Notes: a model not told the origin generated them from the letters alone. A stretch of 64,000 nucleotides of DNA from Blastocystis sp. Blastoise (GCA_039096225.1 JBBPEB010000014.1:1860001-1924000); one strand, 5' to 3'; shown: positions 1 to 24,964, numbered from the stretch's first letter. Numbers and translations are program-made.

Positions 1-111
1 TACATATATATATATACTGTAAAAACGAAAGCAAAAACAAATGTAATAATATATAATAATATATATAATAATATATAATAACATATTATAATATAGTTTA
101 TATATATTTAC

Positions 112-899
112 GTTAAGTCAATAACTAGCATTATGTTTAAGTTGAATAACTTCTGTACCTATTAATGATAGTTATTTTGAACCTGTGTTTGCTGAATACT
201 TGATTAATAAAAACAGTAACAACAGTATTACAAAACCACGAAAGACAGCCTATAAATAATTGTTTAAGAATATATATATTGCTCAATAATTGTTTTATTC
301 GCCAATTCTTGATAATCTGTAGTATTTACTCATACTTTAGAAAATTGATAAAGAAGGGTCTAGAAATACACGAGAATAGAAGTAATAAATATAATAATGA
401 ATATAAATATAAACGTATATTTAAATGCAAATATAAACAAAAAAAGAGATTATTATAATAATACTATATACATTATATTCTTCATTAAGAGGATCAAAGC
501 AGTTACATATATATGTAGTATTCACTTAAAAAAATATCTGACTATTTGAGGTAATTGTTGCATTTCTATGGCTAAGCTTTCTGTATCACTAAGAGGGTTA
601 TTCATATCATCATCAACATAATCATCTACACTTTCCATTTTACCATTAATATATGCTTGTATTAATTGATGAACAGATTCATTAAAACAACTTGTATTAT
701 CAATATCTGAACCGATCTGAACATAACGTTCAGCACAAATCAGTCAACTCCATAAAGTAAGTAAATAACTAAAAGAATTACTACACCATTGCCAATTCTT
801 AAAGGAATCAATAGTAAAATTTGTTAAAAGACGAATAAATTCACTATATCGTGGAGTTCTGAAAAGTTCTGATAACTGGAAATTAGCCTAAAGAAATAG

Positions 900-944
<45 letters not shown>

Positions 945-1231
945 TTATAGTATAATATATTCGTATATAGAATTCATATAATACATTAATAATAATAATA
1001 ATAAATATATCTATATACTTTAAGTTTTCATAATAATTGACAGAACATATGATAAGTATCTTTATCATCAAATGCATGACTACGAGTTAATTGTTCAAAA
1101 ACCTCTTCAATTAATAATTTTAAGAATTCTAAACGAGATTCAGGTTTAACAAAGAGATAACGTCTCATAGAAGTCATCATTAATAAACAATGTAAACAAG
1201 TGACTGTAGTAGGAGGATAGCAGGAGTAATA
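112..1231 (-). pseudogene. XPO7: Exportin-7 (RanBP16/XPO7)-like pseudogene fragment, multi-exon; probably continues past the left edge
   Basis: Spliced translation YYSCYPPTTVTCLHCLLMMTSMRRYLF...FDDKDTYHMFCQLL*KLK|ANFQLSELFRTPRYSEFIRLLTNFTIDSFKNWQWCSNSFSYLLTLWS*L...NPLSDTESL resembles XPO7 (SCLVQIASVRRSLF...[21 protein letters not shown]...FTVTSLQHWEF..NSVHYLLSLWQRL...DPLED). In-frame TGA at 1028-1030, 744-746, 330-332 and 118-120, plus frameshifts near 530 and 200. The N-terminal part is missing. Confidence 0.8.
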
Positions 1232-1494
1232 ACTAGATAAAGAAGATAATGATGACAATAATAATAAGTATAATAATAAGTATAATAATGATAGACATCT
1301 ATTATATAATATATATATATAATAATTACTATACAATGATTTTTAGTAAAGTTAAATAAATGAATAAATACAGAAAAGTATGTAATTCTAAATCAGAACA
1401 AAACATGAATTTAATTTTTGCACAAAAACATATTCTGTTCTTGTTTAATATGATTAGACAAGCCGTAGACAATAGTAACAATCATAAAACTTAA

Positions 1495-1604
1495 CCGATG
1501 TAGTTAATTCACAAAAGAATTGTGGCAGCATAACTTCTTAAATACTCTAATAAATATCCAAAACCATTATTGAAAGGCATAACTTCATTAACAACTGTAA
1601 ACAT
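1495..1604 (-). pseudogene. Possible degenerate N-terminal fragment of V-ATPase V0 subunit d
   Basis: ATG at 1604 gives MFTVVNEVMPFNNGFGYLLEYLRSYAATILL*INY, resembling the subunit d N-terminus ([23 protein letters not shown]). Interrupted by TGA, and no downstream exons were found. Confidence 0.35.
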
Positions 1605-2148
1605 CGAAAGGAAAAACTAAAAAGACAACAGATTAACAACAACATATAAAAAAATCTATAAGATTATAAAGTAATACGTGTAGCAATTATATCTATAATA
1701 ATCAAACACATTTATCAATTTAAAATAAATTATGACATTTTGTTAACAATAATTATAATAAAAATTCTTCGTTTAAAAAAAACGAAGAAAACTCGCTGTT
1801 TTTTACAAAAAAATTTTTCTTCGTTTTTTAATCATTCATTGACCTAATTCAAATGTTACAAGCTGTTCGTCATATAGAATAAAAATTAGTTGTGTCTTCT
1901 TACTTTTAAATAAAAACTAACAAATTATATTGATTTACTCAAAATCGATATGAAATAATTTGGGCAACTATAATGTTTATAGCATATAATTTAGGGTGAT
2001 TATGCTATGATACAATTGTGAAATCAACACACAAACAAATATTTGAATCTGATGCAAAATATTCTATTGACGCATCATTAAGGGTGTCTTGTGGCTCATA
2101 TACTCATATCTGATATGAAATGAGTCTTAAAACAATTTTCAATTATAT

Positions 2149-2874
2149 TTAGACATGTTTTAATTCAAAAATAGAAATAGACCAAGTTTTGAATGGGAAA
2201 AACATTCCCGTAAGTATTTCAAAAATTTAAGACTCTGGTCTGACTGTCCATCAAACAAATAGGCTCGGTTATTTTTTTTCACTGAAAAAAAAATAACAAA
2301 ATTTGAATTTTTGGCTGAAATTTGGTTTTGAGCCATAGCGGCCATTTTATTAATTTTTATTCGTATATATGACTCTTAAAAATCTTTTACTCCAAACACA
2401 ACTATAAAAAACTTTATAATATGGACCCGATGAATTAACCAAATTTCGACTTAAAACAAACTAAAAACGTTTTTGATATTATGTGACATTCTAAGACGAG
2501 AAAATAATGTCAATTTTTTAATAAAATATGTCTAATATGGTTTTTTATACCTAAGAAAAACTAAACTGAAAAAAAGTGTCAAAATTTTGTCAAAATTCAC
2601 GATTTTTGCCTAAGTCGCTGAAGTAAATCTCATTCCATTGGTGGAACAAGTTTTGAACCAAAATCAACCAATCAGATACATTTAATAATTAAAATATCGC
2701 TGATAGTGATTCATAATTCATTTCTAATTTTTCAAATTTATCCTTTCTTAAAAAACCAGAAGTCTGTCTAAATTTTAAAAGTATGTCTAAAAAAAGGCGA
2801 GAACGCTTTGGTGCGTTTTCGTTATCTAACGTGACCCAAAAATATATCTAACGCGAAAAACGTGCCTACTAGTG
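2149..2874. mobile_element. Putative DNA-transposon terminal region with a CACTA-like end
   Basis: Non-coding, microsatellite-free and CpG-richer than its surroundings. Ends in ...CCTACTAGTG (minus strand CACTAGTAGG) at 2865-2874. Subterminal repeats TATCTAACG (2823, 2845) and TGTCTAA (2529, 2765, 2784; inverse at 2149). Hairpin GCGAGAACGC/GCGTTTTCGT at about 2797-2822. No partner TIR found in the window. Confidence 0.35.
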
Positions 2875-3262
2875 TATTGTTGTCTAAAAGTTATTTTTAG
2901 TACGTGTTACGTATCAATTCTGTTTCATAATATAGTTAGGGACTTTATATAAGACGAATTATAAAACTAAATTCATTTTTAAAATGGATAACAATAACGT
3001 AAAGTATTCTAAGAAAGAAACTAAAAAAATACTTGATTTTTATTTAAGAATAGTCAAAAATCATGTAAAACAATGATTATAGGAATATGATATATCTGAT
3101 AATAAATGTACACAGTGATATTAATAAAACAATATTATTACATAAAAAAATAAAACGTTAATAAAAAAAATTTACAAAAAAAAGATAATAAAAGAAAAAT
3201 AATTAATTTAATATTATAAATAGTTTTAATAATGGTAATATATTATACATACATATATTTAT

Positions 3263-5778
3263 TTACTGATTAAATAAGAAATAATAATAAGCATTTTGAA
3301 CTAATTGAAGTAACATGAATGGATTAATATAAATATTTGTAAAATATAATGATTCTTTACATTCATCTTTTATAGGGAATGTATGTAGAATATTATGTGT
3401 ACAATTATATTCTAAAGAATTATAGGGATATGTAATAGAAATATTATAATAAGGAATAACAAATATTCTACTTGTTCTACTACTAGCGGTAAAGAATATA
3501 TTATCAGAATAAGGAGGATATATAGTAATAATAGTACTATAAGGTAACATAAATATAGAATTCAAAAAACCTGTACCAATTGTTCCTATTAATATATTTG
3601 TTTTAACCATTAATAATACTTGTTCTTGAAATGTTAATGTTTCTGTAGCTACTATTTTATAATTACACATAAGCTATATATATATATATATATTTAAATA
3701 ATTCATCTATTTTTATGATATAGAAATTATTATATAGAATAAAGGCAATAAGATGAAGAAATATAAATATATGTTTAATAATATATATAAAAATAAATAA
3801 ATAATTAATATATTGTAATAAAAATTATAAGAAGCATTGATGAATATATATGTATATATATAAACATAAAAACATATATATATATACCTTGTCATTAAAA
3901 TTAGACATTAAAAGTTGTTCAATTTCATCGATATTAATAATGAATCGATTTTCTATGTTATGATGATATTGTTTATGATTGAATAACGTAATAAATGGTT
4001 TCGAATGACGTTTCAAAGTTGAAGGATCAATACCTAAATGCTTATATGCTAAAATACGTATAGCATCACTATCTCTGATTGAACTAAATATACCACCATA
4101 AGATAAAAAAAGTACTCTTGTTGATATATACTAAAGATAATATATTAATAATGAAAATACTTTGATAAGTTATATAGAATGATTCATATTTATAATTGTG
4201 TATAATAATATTATTATCTTTATATTATTGTTATATAAATATAATAAATAATAAATAATAAATATAATAAATAATAAATATAATAAATAATAAATATAAT
4301 AAATAATAAATATAATAAATATAATAAATATAATAAATAATAAATATAATAATATATATATACAAAATGTTTAAAACATTTAGAGTCCCATATTTTTCAA
4401 TAGCTTCTTTTATATTAACAAAAGTCATATTTGATGGATATAAACTCTTTATATAGTTATAATAGTTATATGTCCAATTATAAGGATGATTTGCCTCTTG
4501 TTGAAATAATACGGTGTCAAACTATAATAGAATAATAAGAGCATGATATAATATAATTATAAAAATAATTACTAAATATTTTATTATATTTATTATACTT
4601 ATTATTATACTAAACTATATATATATACGAAAGGAAATTTTCTAAATCTCATATTTATAGATAGTAATATATTCGCTGTTTCTGTAAAATGAGCAATTTG
4701 TTGAGGGTCTAAAGAGATTAAATATAATACACTTGGATTCTCTTTGAACTTATTTGAATTCTTAAATTGCTCTTTAAATTGAATTGTAACATTAGGTAAA
4801 TATATTGAATCTATATTATAGAATAATATATAGAATAATATTGTTGAATAATATTATAGAATAATATTGTTGAATAATATTATAGAATAATATATAACAA
4901 TAATATAGAATAATATATAACAATAATATTATAGAAATATATATAGAATAATATTGTTGAATAATATATATAATATATATAATTTACGTATAATAATAAA
5001 TAAAATATGTATAAAAAGTAGAATAACTAGTAAAAGTTTATATAATATATATATATATATATACATTGATGTTTATTCTTCCTGAATACATCTTTTTCTG
5101 TATCATTTTTAATAAAATAAGTAATATTATGTGATTGAAAATCAAAACATATATTTTGAAATTCAAATAATGTAACTCCAAATTTTTTTGGCAATAATAC
5201 AGAAGATGAATAACTACACATATAATAACATTTATCAATGAATATACTGTCTGTCTATCATTTGAGATTCTGGTCGTTTAGAACTAAAATAATCATGAAT
5301 AACAACATTTATATAAACATATATATATATACTTAAAATAACTATTATTGACATCCTTGATATGTGAATCTAATATTTTCTTCCTATAATGATAATAATA
5401 ATAATATATATGTATTCACTATACCAAGACTTTTTTTGAAATTGAACACCAAAATTATCTTTTGGATAAATCTCATTTTTTGTTGACATAATAACTATAA
5501 GAATATAGACATCTGCATACTTTATTGAATATACAATCATTTATATCTTTAATGTCACTTGAAATATTTCCATTCTTTTCAATGAGAATTGTTTCGATAC
5601 TATTTTGATCATATTCCATATGATCAAAATTATCAAGTATAATTTGCTTTTTATTGTTACTTATTGAAAATAAAAGTCTATGCAACGAATAATTGTTGAA
5701 AAAAACCACATACAGATTTATCAAATAGAGACTACAACATGCGAAAACCAAATAAATTAGCAACACTAGTTTATTCAT
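3263..5778 (-). CDS. Glycosyltransferase family 61 (EOGT/POMGNT2/DUF563-like), type II membrane protein, about 9 exons
   Basis: N-terminal signal anchor MNKLVLLIYLVFACC; AHFTE; KCFKHF; C-terminal motif TFQEQVLLMVKTNILIGTIGTGFLNSIFMLPYSTIITIYP. One apparent 1-nt frameshift in the T5 run at 4393-4397. Confidence 0.8.
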
Positions 5779-6687
5779 TTTTAAAGTGTCGTTATAAATA
5801 TGTATAAAAAATTTAAAAAAACAATTTTGCTTTCCAAAATAAACACTCTTGGAATGTATTTTTTTCAGAAAAAACTAGTTTGCTTTATAGAATTCAGGCT
5901 CTCTAGGCGAATAGAAAAATTCTTTGCGACAGAAGTTATTTTTCTGATTCTTTAGAAAGAGAATTTCTTTTGATTAAAATACAATTATCTATGTTGTGTA
6001 TATAGTTAATATAGTATTGACAATATCACAAGTTTTCAGATGCATAATTTGTGTCAAAAGAATCTTTTTCTATTGACAGATTATCAGAATGTGACGATAT
6101 ATTTGACAAAAAATGTATTCTACATGCTTTAAGCCTATATTATTCTTTCTTATATCAAATTGTCTTAAACTAGTTTATTTTCACTTTGTTATTAAATAGA
6201 TATTGCTTTTAAATTTTTATATATTTGTCAAAAGGGTGATTTTATGAATAAGGTTGATTAGGATTATTCATTGTCATTCATAATAAGATTTCTAAAGTAT
6301 TTTTACTTGAAAAAACATTTCCTTGTATTAAAATGTATTAACATTATTTACAAAATATGTTTTTACGTGTTTCTTGTTTTGCTAAAATTGTTCTGATATT
6401 TATGATTAAATTATAATCTTGTATAATAATTTCAGAAGGCTTTTAATTACTGATTCTCCAAAAAATATATATATTCATTTATATATATTTGTTTTTTATG
6501 AACATAACAATGCTAACATAATAATCAAATCGATACGTATATAAAAAAAATCAATTAAATTATATATAAACATTAAAAGCTGTAATTTATTAAAAATTAC
6601 TTTTTATAAAAGAATAAAAAAAAAATAGTATATAGATAATAAATAAAAACAAAATTAGATAAAATAGATTCTATTTAATAAATACAT

Positions 6688-8267
6688 TTAAGCTCTTCCC
6701 CATACTTCATAATCTTCTACTATAAAATTATTTGTAGAATTAGCTTTGGCAGTATTCACAAATAATGACGATTTCTGAGGAGTATTCACAGTTGTAAATG
6801 ATTTTGATAGAGTAAATGCACGATCATTAGTATTATGACAATAAGCACCTAATACTATATCAGAACCATCACCAAATACAGGACCATAAGAAGAAGAACA
6901 ATATATACCTCTACCATTACCATTATGTATATAGTGAGTAGGAGGAATATTATGTTCATTACTTAAGGTAAAGAGAAATTCTTTAGAAGCAGGTTTACTA
7001 CCTATATATAAGAATATGAAATAAATAAATATATAAATAATAATATATACTACATGAACCAGCCCAACTTTGATCTGTATATCCACCAAATATATTAATA
7101 TGATTATCATGACCTATATGTTTAATAAGAGTCACTGTTTCTCCTTTATGGTCACAATAGTTATGGAATTCACTTGAAGAATAATTATGTTCACTTGCTC
7201 TATATATATAAATGTATAATATATAAAATATAAATATACCTAAATAATAATTTCCATTTCTTTTCTTTACCAAGCCAATTTACTAATGGAGTTTCTAAAG
7301 ATCTCTTCTCGATAATTTGAGAATTCCAAAAATAATGTAATAATCCATTAAATGAATATATGGCAACTTCTTTTCCTTTATTACCAAATAAACTATACAT
7401 TTCATTCTTTAAAATATTTTTGTTAATTAAATCCATCTTTTCATCTTCAATAAAAATATAATTATTCAATATATATTGATTAATATATTCCATATATTTA
7501 TAATTCATTTTCATATATAATTGAGTTGTTTCATTATCATAATCTATATAGCCGCTTTCATACTCATAAATATAATGATTCCATAATCCATTCCTCTTTA
7601 AATAATCACTTATGATTGTATCTTTCTTATTATTTATATAAAGAATAACGTCATCACCCTCTTCATATTTCTTAATATTATGATCTCTTTTGTAACGAAT
7701 TGCCATCAATTCTTCAGGAATAGGTAAGCCACAATATTCAAATAAATACAATAATTCATATTGACTACCAAAATCATAATTATTCAAACTAATTTTCTTA
7801 TTCATTAACGAATCTATAAGTAAAGGAGCTACAGTTTCATCATAAGGATAATCCAAATAAATAGTACCATCAACAGTTCTTATGTTTTCTTGAGAATATT
7901 CATACAGAAGACTACCTGCTAAACTATTTGTTATTCTTTTAGGAAGAGAATAAACGGGACCACTGCATGTAAATTGAATATAATCAATCCCATTATCATT
8001 ATTATTCATAGTAGCATCACATTCATAAATATAAGAAGGTTCTTGAACAATAACAGGTTTATCTTCTTCATTCTTCATACTGTTTTTATTTTTATCATTT
8101 AAATAATGTTTTAATAAACTACTCACAGACTCACCAGAATGAATACAAAAACTTATAGACTTGCCTAAGACACCAATCAAATCACTAATTAGTCTTTCAA
8201 AGTGAACTATATCATTCTGAACATCATCTATCTTACTCGAATCAAAGTTTGTCCTCTCTTTCACCAT
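6688..8267 (-). CDS. TLDc-domain protein with N-terminal BTB/KCTD-like region; 3 exons (8267-7239, about 7199-7054, about 7000-6688)
   Basis: KKWKLLFR|ASEHNYSSSEFHNYCDHKGETVTLIK...IFGGYTDQSW...FLFTL...SSYGPVFGDGSDI...FIVEDYEVW, the classic TLDc signature; GT-AG introns. Confidence 0.9.
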
Positions 8268-9790
8268 TACTAAGGAGTATGAAGTCTTAATGAAAAAAAT
8301 AATATCTTTTTTTTATTAGCGGGAATCCTATTGGATTTCCTTATTTTTTAAAACTATTCCACGAAAAACATATTTTTCTTATTTCTTTTATATATACACT
8401 TTATATGAAATATTGAGTCATCCTACATATTATTCTAGTGGATATGATGATATAGAAGCTTTTTTATCTACATGGGATTGTAAAAAAATTTCATTTTTAT
8501 GTAATTTCTGTATGGTTATTAAAATCATATACATATTTTGTGAGAAATAAATACTAGAATGTGTGTCATATCATAAATGAATAATTTTATTCGTTTTTTA
8601 TCATTTTAGAAATATAATACACACATTATTGCTTTATTTCTGCCGTGATTATACGTTATTTATTTTCTAGGTTTTTAAAACTCAATATCATTATTTTTTT
8701 TATGAATAATATAATCATAATGTCGAGATTTCATGGATTATAGACAAGAATGCTATTATATGAAAGAACTAAAGTTTATATTCTTGTTTATAATTCGTAG
8801 TATCTATAGCAAGTATTTTGAATGCACTGCTACTAATCGTAACTATTAAAAAGAATATTTTATTATATTTATTGAGATACGTGAATGGATTTATAACATA
8901 TTTTATTCAATGAATTTTTTAGTTTTTTATGAATATATATGAATTAATTAGTGTGTTCTTCTGTTAAATGTAAATATAAATATATATATAATATTTTTTA
9001 TATAAAATGTTTTAATTATTTTCAATCAATTAGAAACATCTTATAAAGATTCAAACAAAAGAAAAAGATATAATTTATATATATACGTTATAACGAAACT
9101 CAAAGAAATATATATAAAACTGATATAAATAGTAACATATTTATTCTTTAAAAATAGACTATTTTTTGGACATATAACAAAAACAGTAAATGAAATAGTT
9201 AAAACATATATAGAATTCAGAATCAATTAATATATATTGACCTGAAACTTGTTTTTTTATTTTATTATTAATATGATTTCATTATGTGTTATTTACATAT
9301 ACATAATTTGATGTAAATTATTATTATATACCCTGTTAATCACTTTCAATTCTTAGCTGCTAAAGAACTAGAATGTATTTTTTTTATATTATTATGAATC
9401 TCAATAATTTCTATTCTATTCTATAAAATGATTATTCTGTTATATTACACTAAAAAATAGTATTGTAAGATATTTTATATATATATTATTAAATTTTTAT
9501 GTTTTTAAATGTGAAGAATGACCAGTTATAGACTTTAAAGATTGTTTATTATGACTATTGAGTTATAGAATATAAAAAGTATAGTTTTAATTAATTAAGA
9601 ATCATCAACTATATTTGTTTTATTATTATGTATATAGAGAATACATTGTTGTTTACAAATTAATAAAGATAAACATTTATATATAAGTGTAACTACGATT
9701 CATTGTTTTACAAAAACCATGAACAATAATATATATATATTAAATGAATCACTCATGGTGATATTTTAAAACAAAACTATTTAGTATAAC

Positions 9791-9983
9791 CAGTGCCTTC
9801 CCGACTTTTTGTGACACTTGCGGTGACTTTTTTTGACAGTCACATAAAGTCGCTTTAAGTCAGACTTAATATGACTTAATATAATAATAAATATTTTTAC
9901 ACTGTCAAAAATTAACAAAAGTGTCACATTTTTCTGTGACAATTGCGGCACCGCAAAAAAAAAGGGCCTTTTGGAAGTCACTG
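9791..9983. mobile_element. Non-autonomous hAT-type MITE (193 bp)
   Basis: TIRs CAGTGCCTTCC (9791-9801) and GGAAGTCACTG (9973-9983), 10/11 match. Exact 8-bp target-site duplication AGTATAAC at 9783-9790 and 9984-9991. Internal TGAC/GTCA subterminal repeats. Confidence 0.9.
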
Positions 9984-10264
9984 AGTATAACAAAAAGACT
10001 CTAAACACATTTACTTGAATTTATATATACATATATAAAATGGAAAATCAACTGAAATCAATATTATTTATTGTGAATAAAAAAGAAGAAAAAAAAGAAC
10101 TAAGAAGAATGAGAAAAGTGAAAATATATATACAACAGTAATATTTTATGAGTTAACAACAACAAAATTTTATATAATTACGGATTGACTTTGTAGATAG
10201 AAAAATAAGAAAAAAAGAGAGAGTAATAAATCATATAAAAACTATAAATATATACAAATATATA

Positions 10265-15914
<5,650 letters not shown>

Positions 15915-16877
15915 GTAGTAATCAAAGACCAGCACTCTATTTCACAATGGAAATGACTGTCTTAGTAGTATTTATCAACGAATTTAACCAAATATAACTT
16001 CTCTAAAGAAGTCTGAGTGTCTAACCAGTCACTGTTTCAAAAAAAAATTACAAAAAGTGTCTGTTCTTCCAAATTTTCGTGGTTCTATGTAAATAATGAA
16101 CCACAATTTCTCTATTTCTCAGGAATATTTCCATCCAGAAAATTTTGAAACGAATCTTTTTTTTTCATTTATCTTTTTTATGTATGGTTTTAGCACATTT
16201 TATTTTTACATATTCATTATTAGATATTCAAATTCTATAGAACCATATCATGATTTTAAGATAGTTGAATCTATATTATAAAAGTTTATTTTTTATACCA
16301 TTTAATTTGTATCGGAACAAGGTCGATTCGTGGCATATATATACATTAAATTGTTCATGATGATTATAAGAAAGATTAACAAAATAAAAATATAGGAATG
16401 TCAAATATTTGAAAATGTTTTTCTCTAATAATAAAGACAAAAGAACTAAACAACTTGACTTATACGCATATGTTTCAAAGAGAGTCGAAACAAAAGAAGA
16501 ATAACAATATAAATTTACAACAATAACAACAAAAAAACAGAAAAAAAAGAAATATATAAAGTCGTTGTAAATGTTTATGTATATTATTATTAAATAAAAT
16601 TCATAATATTTAAATATATATTTTTTAATATGTATATTATAAAGAAAATTTTTATGTAAGTATATATAAATAAAAGAATATAGATAAATATTGATACATT
16701 TAATAAAGAAAGAGATGATAAAATAAGTGAAAGATTTTCATATATATAATGAATATATTTAGAATTATATATATATAGGAATTAAATGAATATATATAAA
16801 ATAATATTTACAATTATTATTAAAATAATGAATAATATTAGTATAATAATTATAATGAATATATATATATAAATAAA

Positions 16878-21983
<5,106 letters not shown>

Positions 21984-22650
21984 TTTTATAACCAAAGAAA
22001 AAATAATAAAAACAATACAGAAAGGAAATGATTTGTTTTCATTTTATTCTCAATGAAATGAAATCCCCATGAAAATATTTGATTTCCAAGTCAAATTTCA
22101 TTTTTTATCATAATATATGTGATTCTGTGTATCATTCCTATTAACGATCAAGAAAGATAAGTATATGCTTTGTATATAGTTACTTCGTGAATTTATTTCA
22201 TGAATGATATCAATTTTGTAAAAGTAACATGTATTTTGAAAAATAAATTTGTGTATATTATCAACTTTAATAGTTGATTGTCATCACTTTGTTTATCAAG
22301 CATATGATATAAATTCTGAATTTAAATATATGGTATAAAAAGACAAATTTCTCAAATTTATAAGAATCATTATAGGTAATAGAGTTTTAGAAATAATCAT
22401 AGATTTGTATATAGACGTTAACCTTTGATTACAAATGAATAAATATAGTTAACTGTGTAATAAAAGAAAAAAAACAGAAACCATTTCGAAAATGGATTTA
22501 CGGGAAACTAGTTGTGTTTCAAAGAAAAATAACATTTTTTCTAGATTTCTTGATGTTTTTGTTTTTTCACTGTTTCGTGTCCTTTTCCTTTTTATATACA
22601 TTTATAACTATTGATATAGAATATACTTAAAGCCTTTAATAAAATTAATT

Positions 22651-23772
22651 ATGAGACAAGTTGTTATTTTTATATTATTATTTCTAATGATTGTAAGATC
22701 TGAGGAGGATAGTAAAGCTGAAATTGTACGTCTTCGTCGAATTCTTGGTACCTTAGATCAAGAAATTAAAAACAAAAATATGAAAATAAAAACATTAGAA
22801 GATGAAATTCAACAATTAAAAACAAATCAGAATAAGAATTCAGGCCGTGTAGATGATTGCAGTAAAACAAATGAGATTTTAAGAAATAAAATGACGATAA
22901 TTGTATGTATAAGTTATTGAATAAAGTGAGTTGCTCGTTTATATAGCAAAAGCAAGCAGTTTCTTTACAAGAGAAATTGTCTGAAACAAATCATTTTTAT
23001 AATGATTGTCGAAGTTCTTTAGAAGAACAAAATATGAAACTGAAGAACCTCCAGAATGTTAATCAATGTGAGCAAAGTAATTCAAAGGAAACAGAAGACA
23101 AAGATACTGCTAATAAAGATGATAAAAATGTACATATTTTATATATATTTATAATATATGCATATAGTTATATGTTGATCCACGCTGGGAATTTGCACAA
23201 ATGATGTATAAAGAAGATTTATATCAAGTATATTTATAGTTAATATGTAATAAATATATGATTTTATTTTATTTTATTTTATTTTATTTTATTTTATTTT
23301 ATTTTATTTTATTTTATATTTGTTATATTTATTTTATTTTATTTATTTTTATTTATTTTATATTATATTTAATTTTATTTTATTGTAAAAATATATATAA
23401 AGAAAAGTTATAAATTTGATGCTGAAACAGAAGCTGAAAATGGTCCAAAAGATATATCTATTTTTTGTTCATCTGTATATATATATATATATCTAGTTTT
23501 TCTTTTAATTTTATAGATATATATACATATAAATTGTATTCTACAAATTACATATTACGTATACTATATATATAGAATCCACAAGTGCGAATAACAGATT
23601 TACCACTTGATTTAGTATCAAAAAATATATGCCTGTATATATATTTTATTACTTTTATGATTAATAATATATATATAGTCAATTACAAGTAGGGTCTCCA
23701 GAGATAAAATCACGGTTATTATTATTATGTGATGGAGAATTATCTACAGAGAATGAAAATAGCCATGAATAA
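22651..23772 (+). CDS. Hypothetical secreted coiled-coil protein, about 6 exons
   Basis: Signal peptide MRQVVIFILLFLMIVRS followed by a heptad-rich region; GT-AG spliced frame to TAA at 23770-23772. Confidence 0.65.
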
Positions 23773-24516
23773 AATAGATTTCATTTATGTATATTATAAT
23801 AAAGTATTACCATGAATGAAAAAAGTTTAATATTATTAAAAGAAGAATACTAGAACTAAAAATATATATTTAATTTAAACAAATTACACAACGAGATTAT
23901 TACAATTAAATTGATATATATATATAATAAATGATTAGATTATTTTTAACTATTTTAGAATATTTTATTCTTATAATATACTTTCTTTTAATTCTATAAA
24001 AAACCAAACAAGCAAACAAAACATATTACAAAATATAACAGTGGCTATCAAAATACAAAAATGAAAAAGGTTATTACTATAAAAAATATTTAAATAAAAT
24101 CATATAGTAAAAAGAAATAATTATTTAAAATAGATGTATATAAAAGTCTTATAAAGAAAAAGACAAATATAAAAACCAAGAAAGTATAGAAATAAACTAG
24201 AGAGAATCAAAACTAAAATATAAAATATATATATATGTAAATATACAGAAACATATATAAAAACAAAATAAACCAAAAATATAAATAAGAAACATATATT
24301 AATATATAAATAGAATTAGAATTATTACAACAAATAAAAAAATACATGATAAATATGTATATATATTAATATTATTATTAGCATTATATAAATGACTTGT
24401 ACTACTGTATATTAAATAATATAAAATAAACAAATAAAATAAAATAAAAAAAAGAATAGCTTTAAAAAATTAATTAATATGTTTATTATTGTATAATAAC
24501 TATATATATAGTAATT

Positions 24517-24876
24517 TTAGTTCTTTTGTGGTCTAGAAACAGTTTCTGGTAAAATAAAATGTAAATTGGAATCATAAGAAATACGATTTAAAGGGGTATT
24601 ACTACTCATTGGCTATATATATATGAAGTATAATTATATAATAGTTAATAATATTAGATTGTAATAAATAAAATGAGAAAAGAGAAAAATATTATAAAAT
24701 AGTATAATTATTTATTATTTATTATATATATATATATACGCTTTTATCGAAGTCAATAGAAGATATATAACTATCCCACTGATCATCTGTCTTTAAATAA
24801 GATAGAGATTTACGAGAAACAGCAGGAGATGGAGCTTTTTTCTTAGTCGCTAAAGACAAAGGAGGTGATATGCCTG

Positions 24877-24964
<88 letters not shown>

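Noticed and set aside
118-1030. TGA reassigned to a sense codon (in-frame TGAs in exportin-7; no gene here ends in TGA)
   Set aside because: The same locus has frameshifts, a TAA and an N-terminal truncation. Intact genes, including the 1624-aa ORF, contain no in-frame TGA and use TGG for Trp.
2797-2873. Helitron 3' end (hairpin + CTAG|T)
   Set aside because: The strong hairpin is about 46 nt from CTAG, farther than typical. A CACTA-type end fits slightly better; both remain unproven.
9781-10008. 75-aa ORF
   Set aside because: Coincides with the non-coding MITE and has no transposase features.
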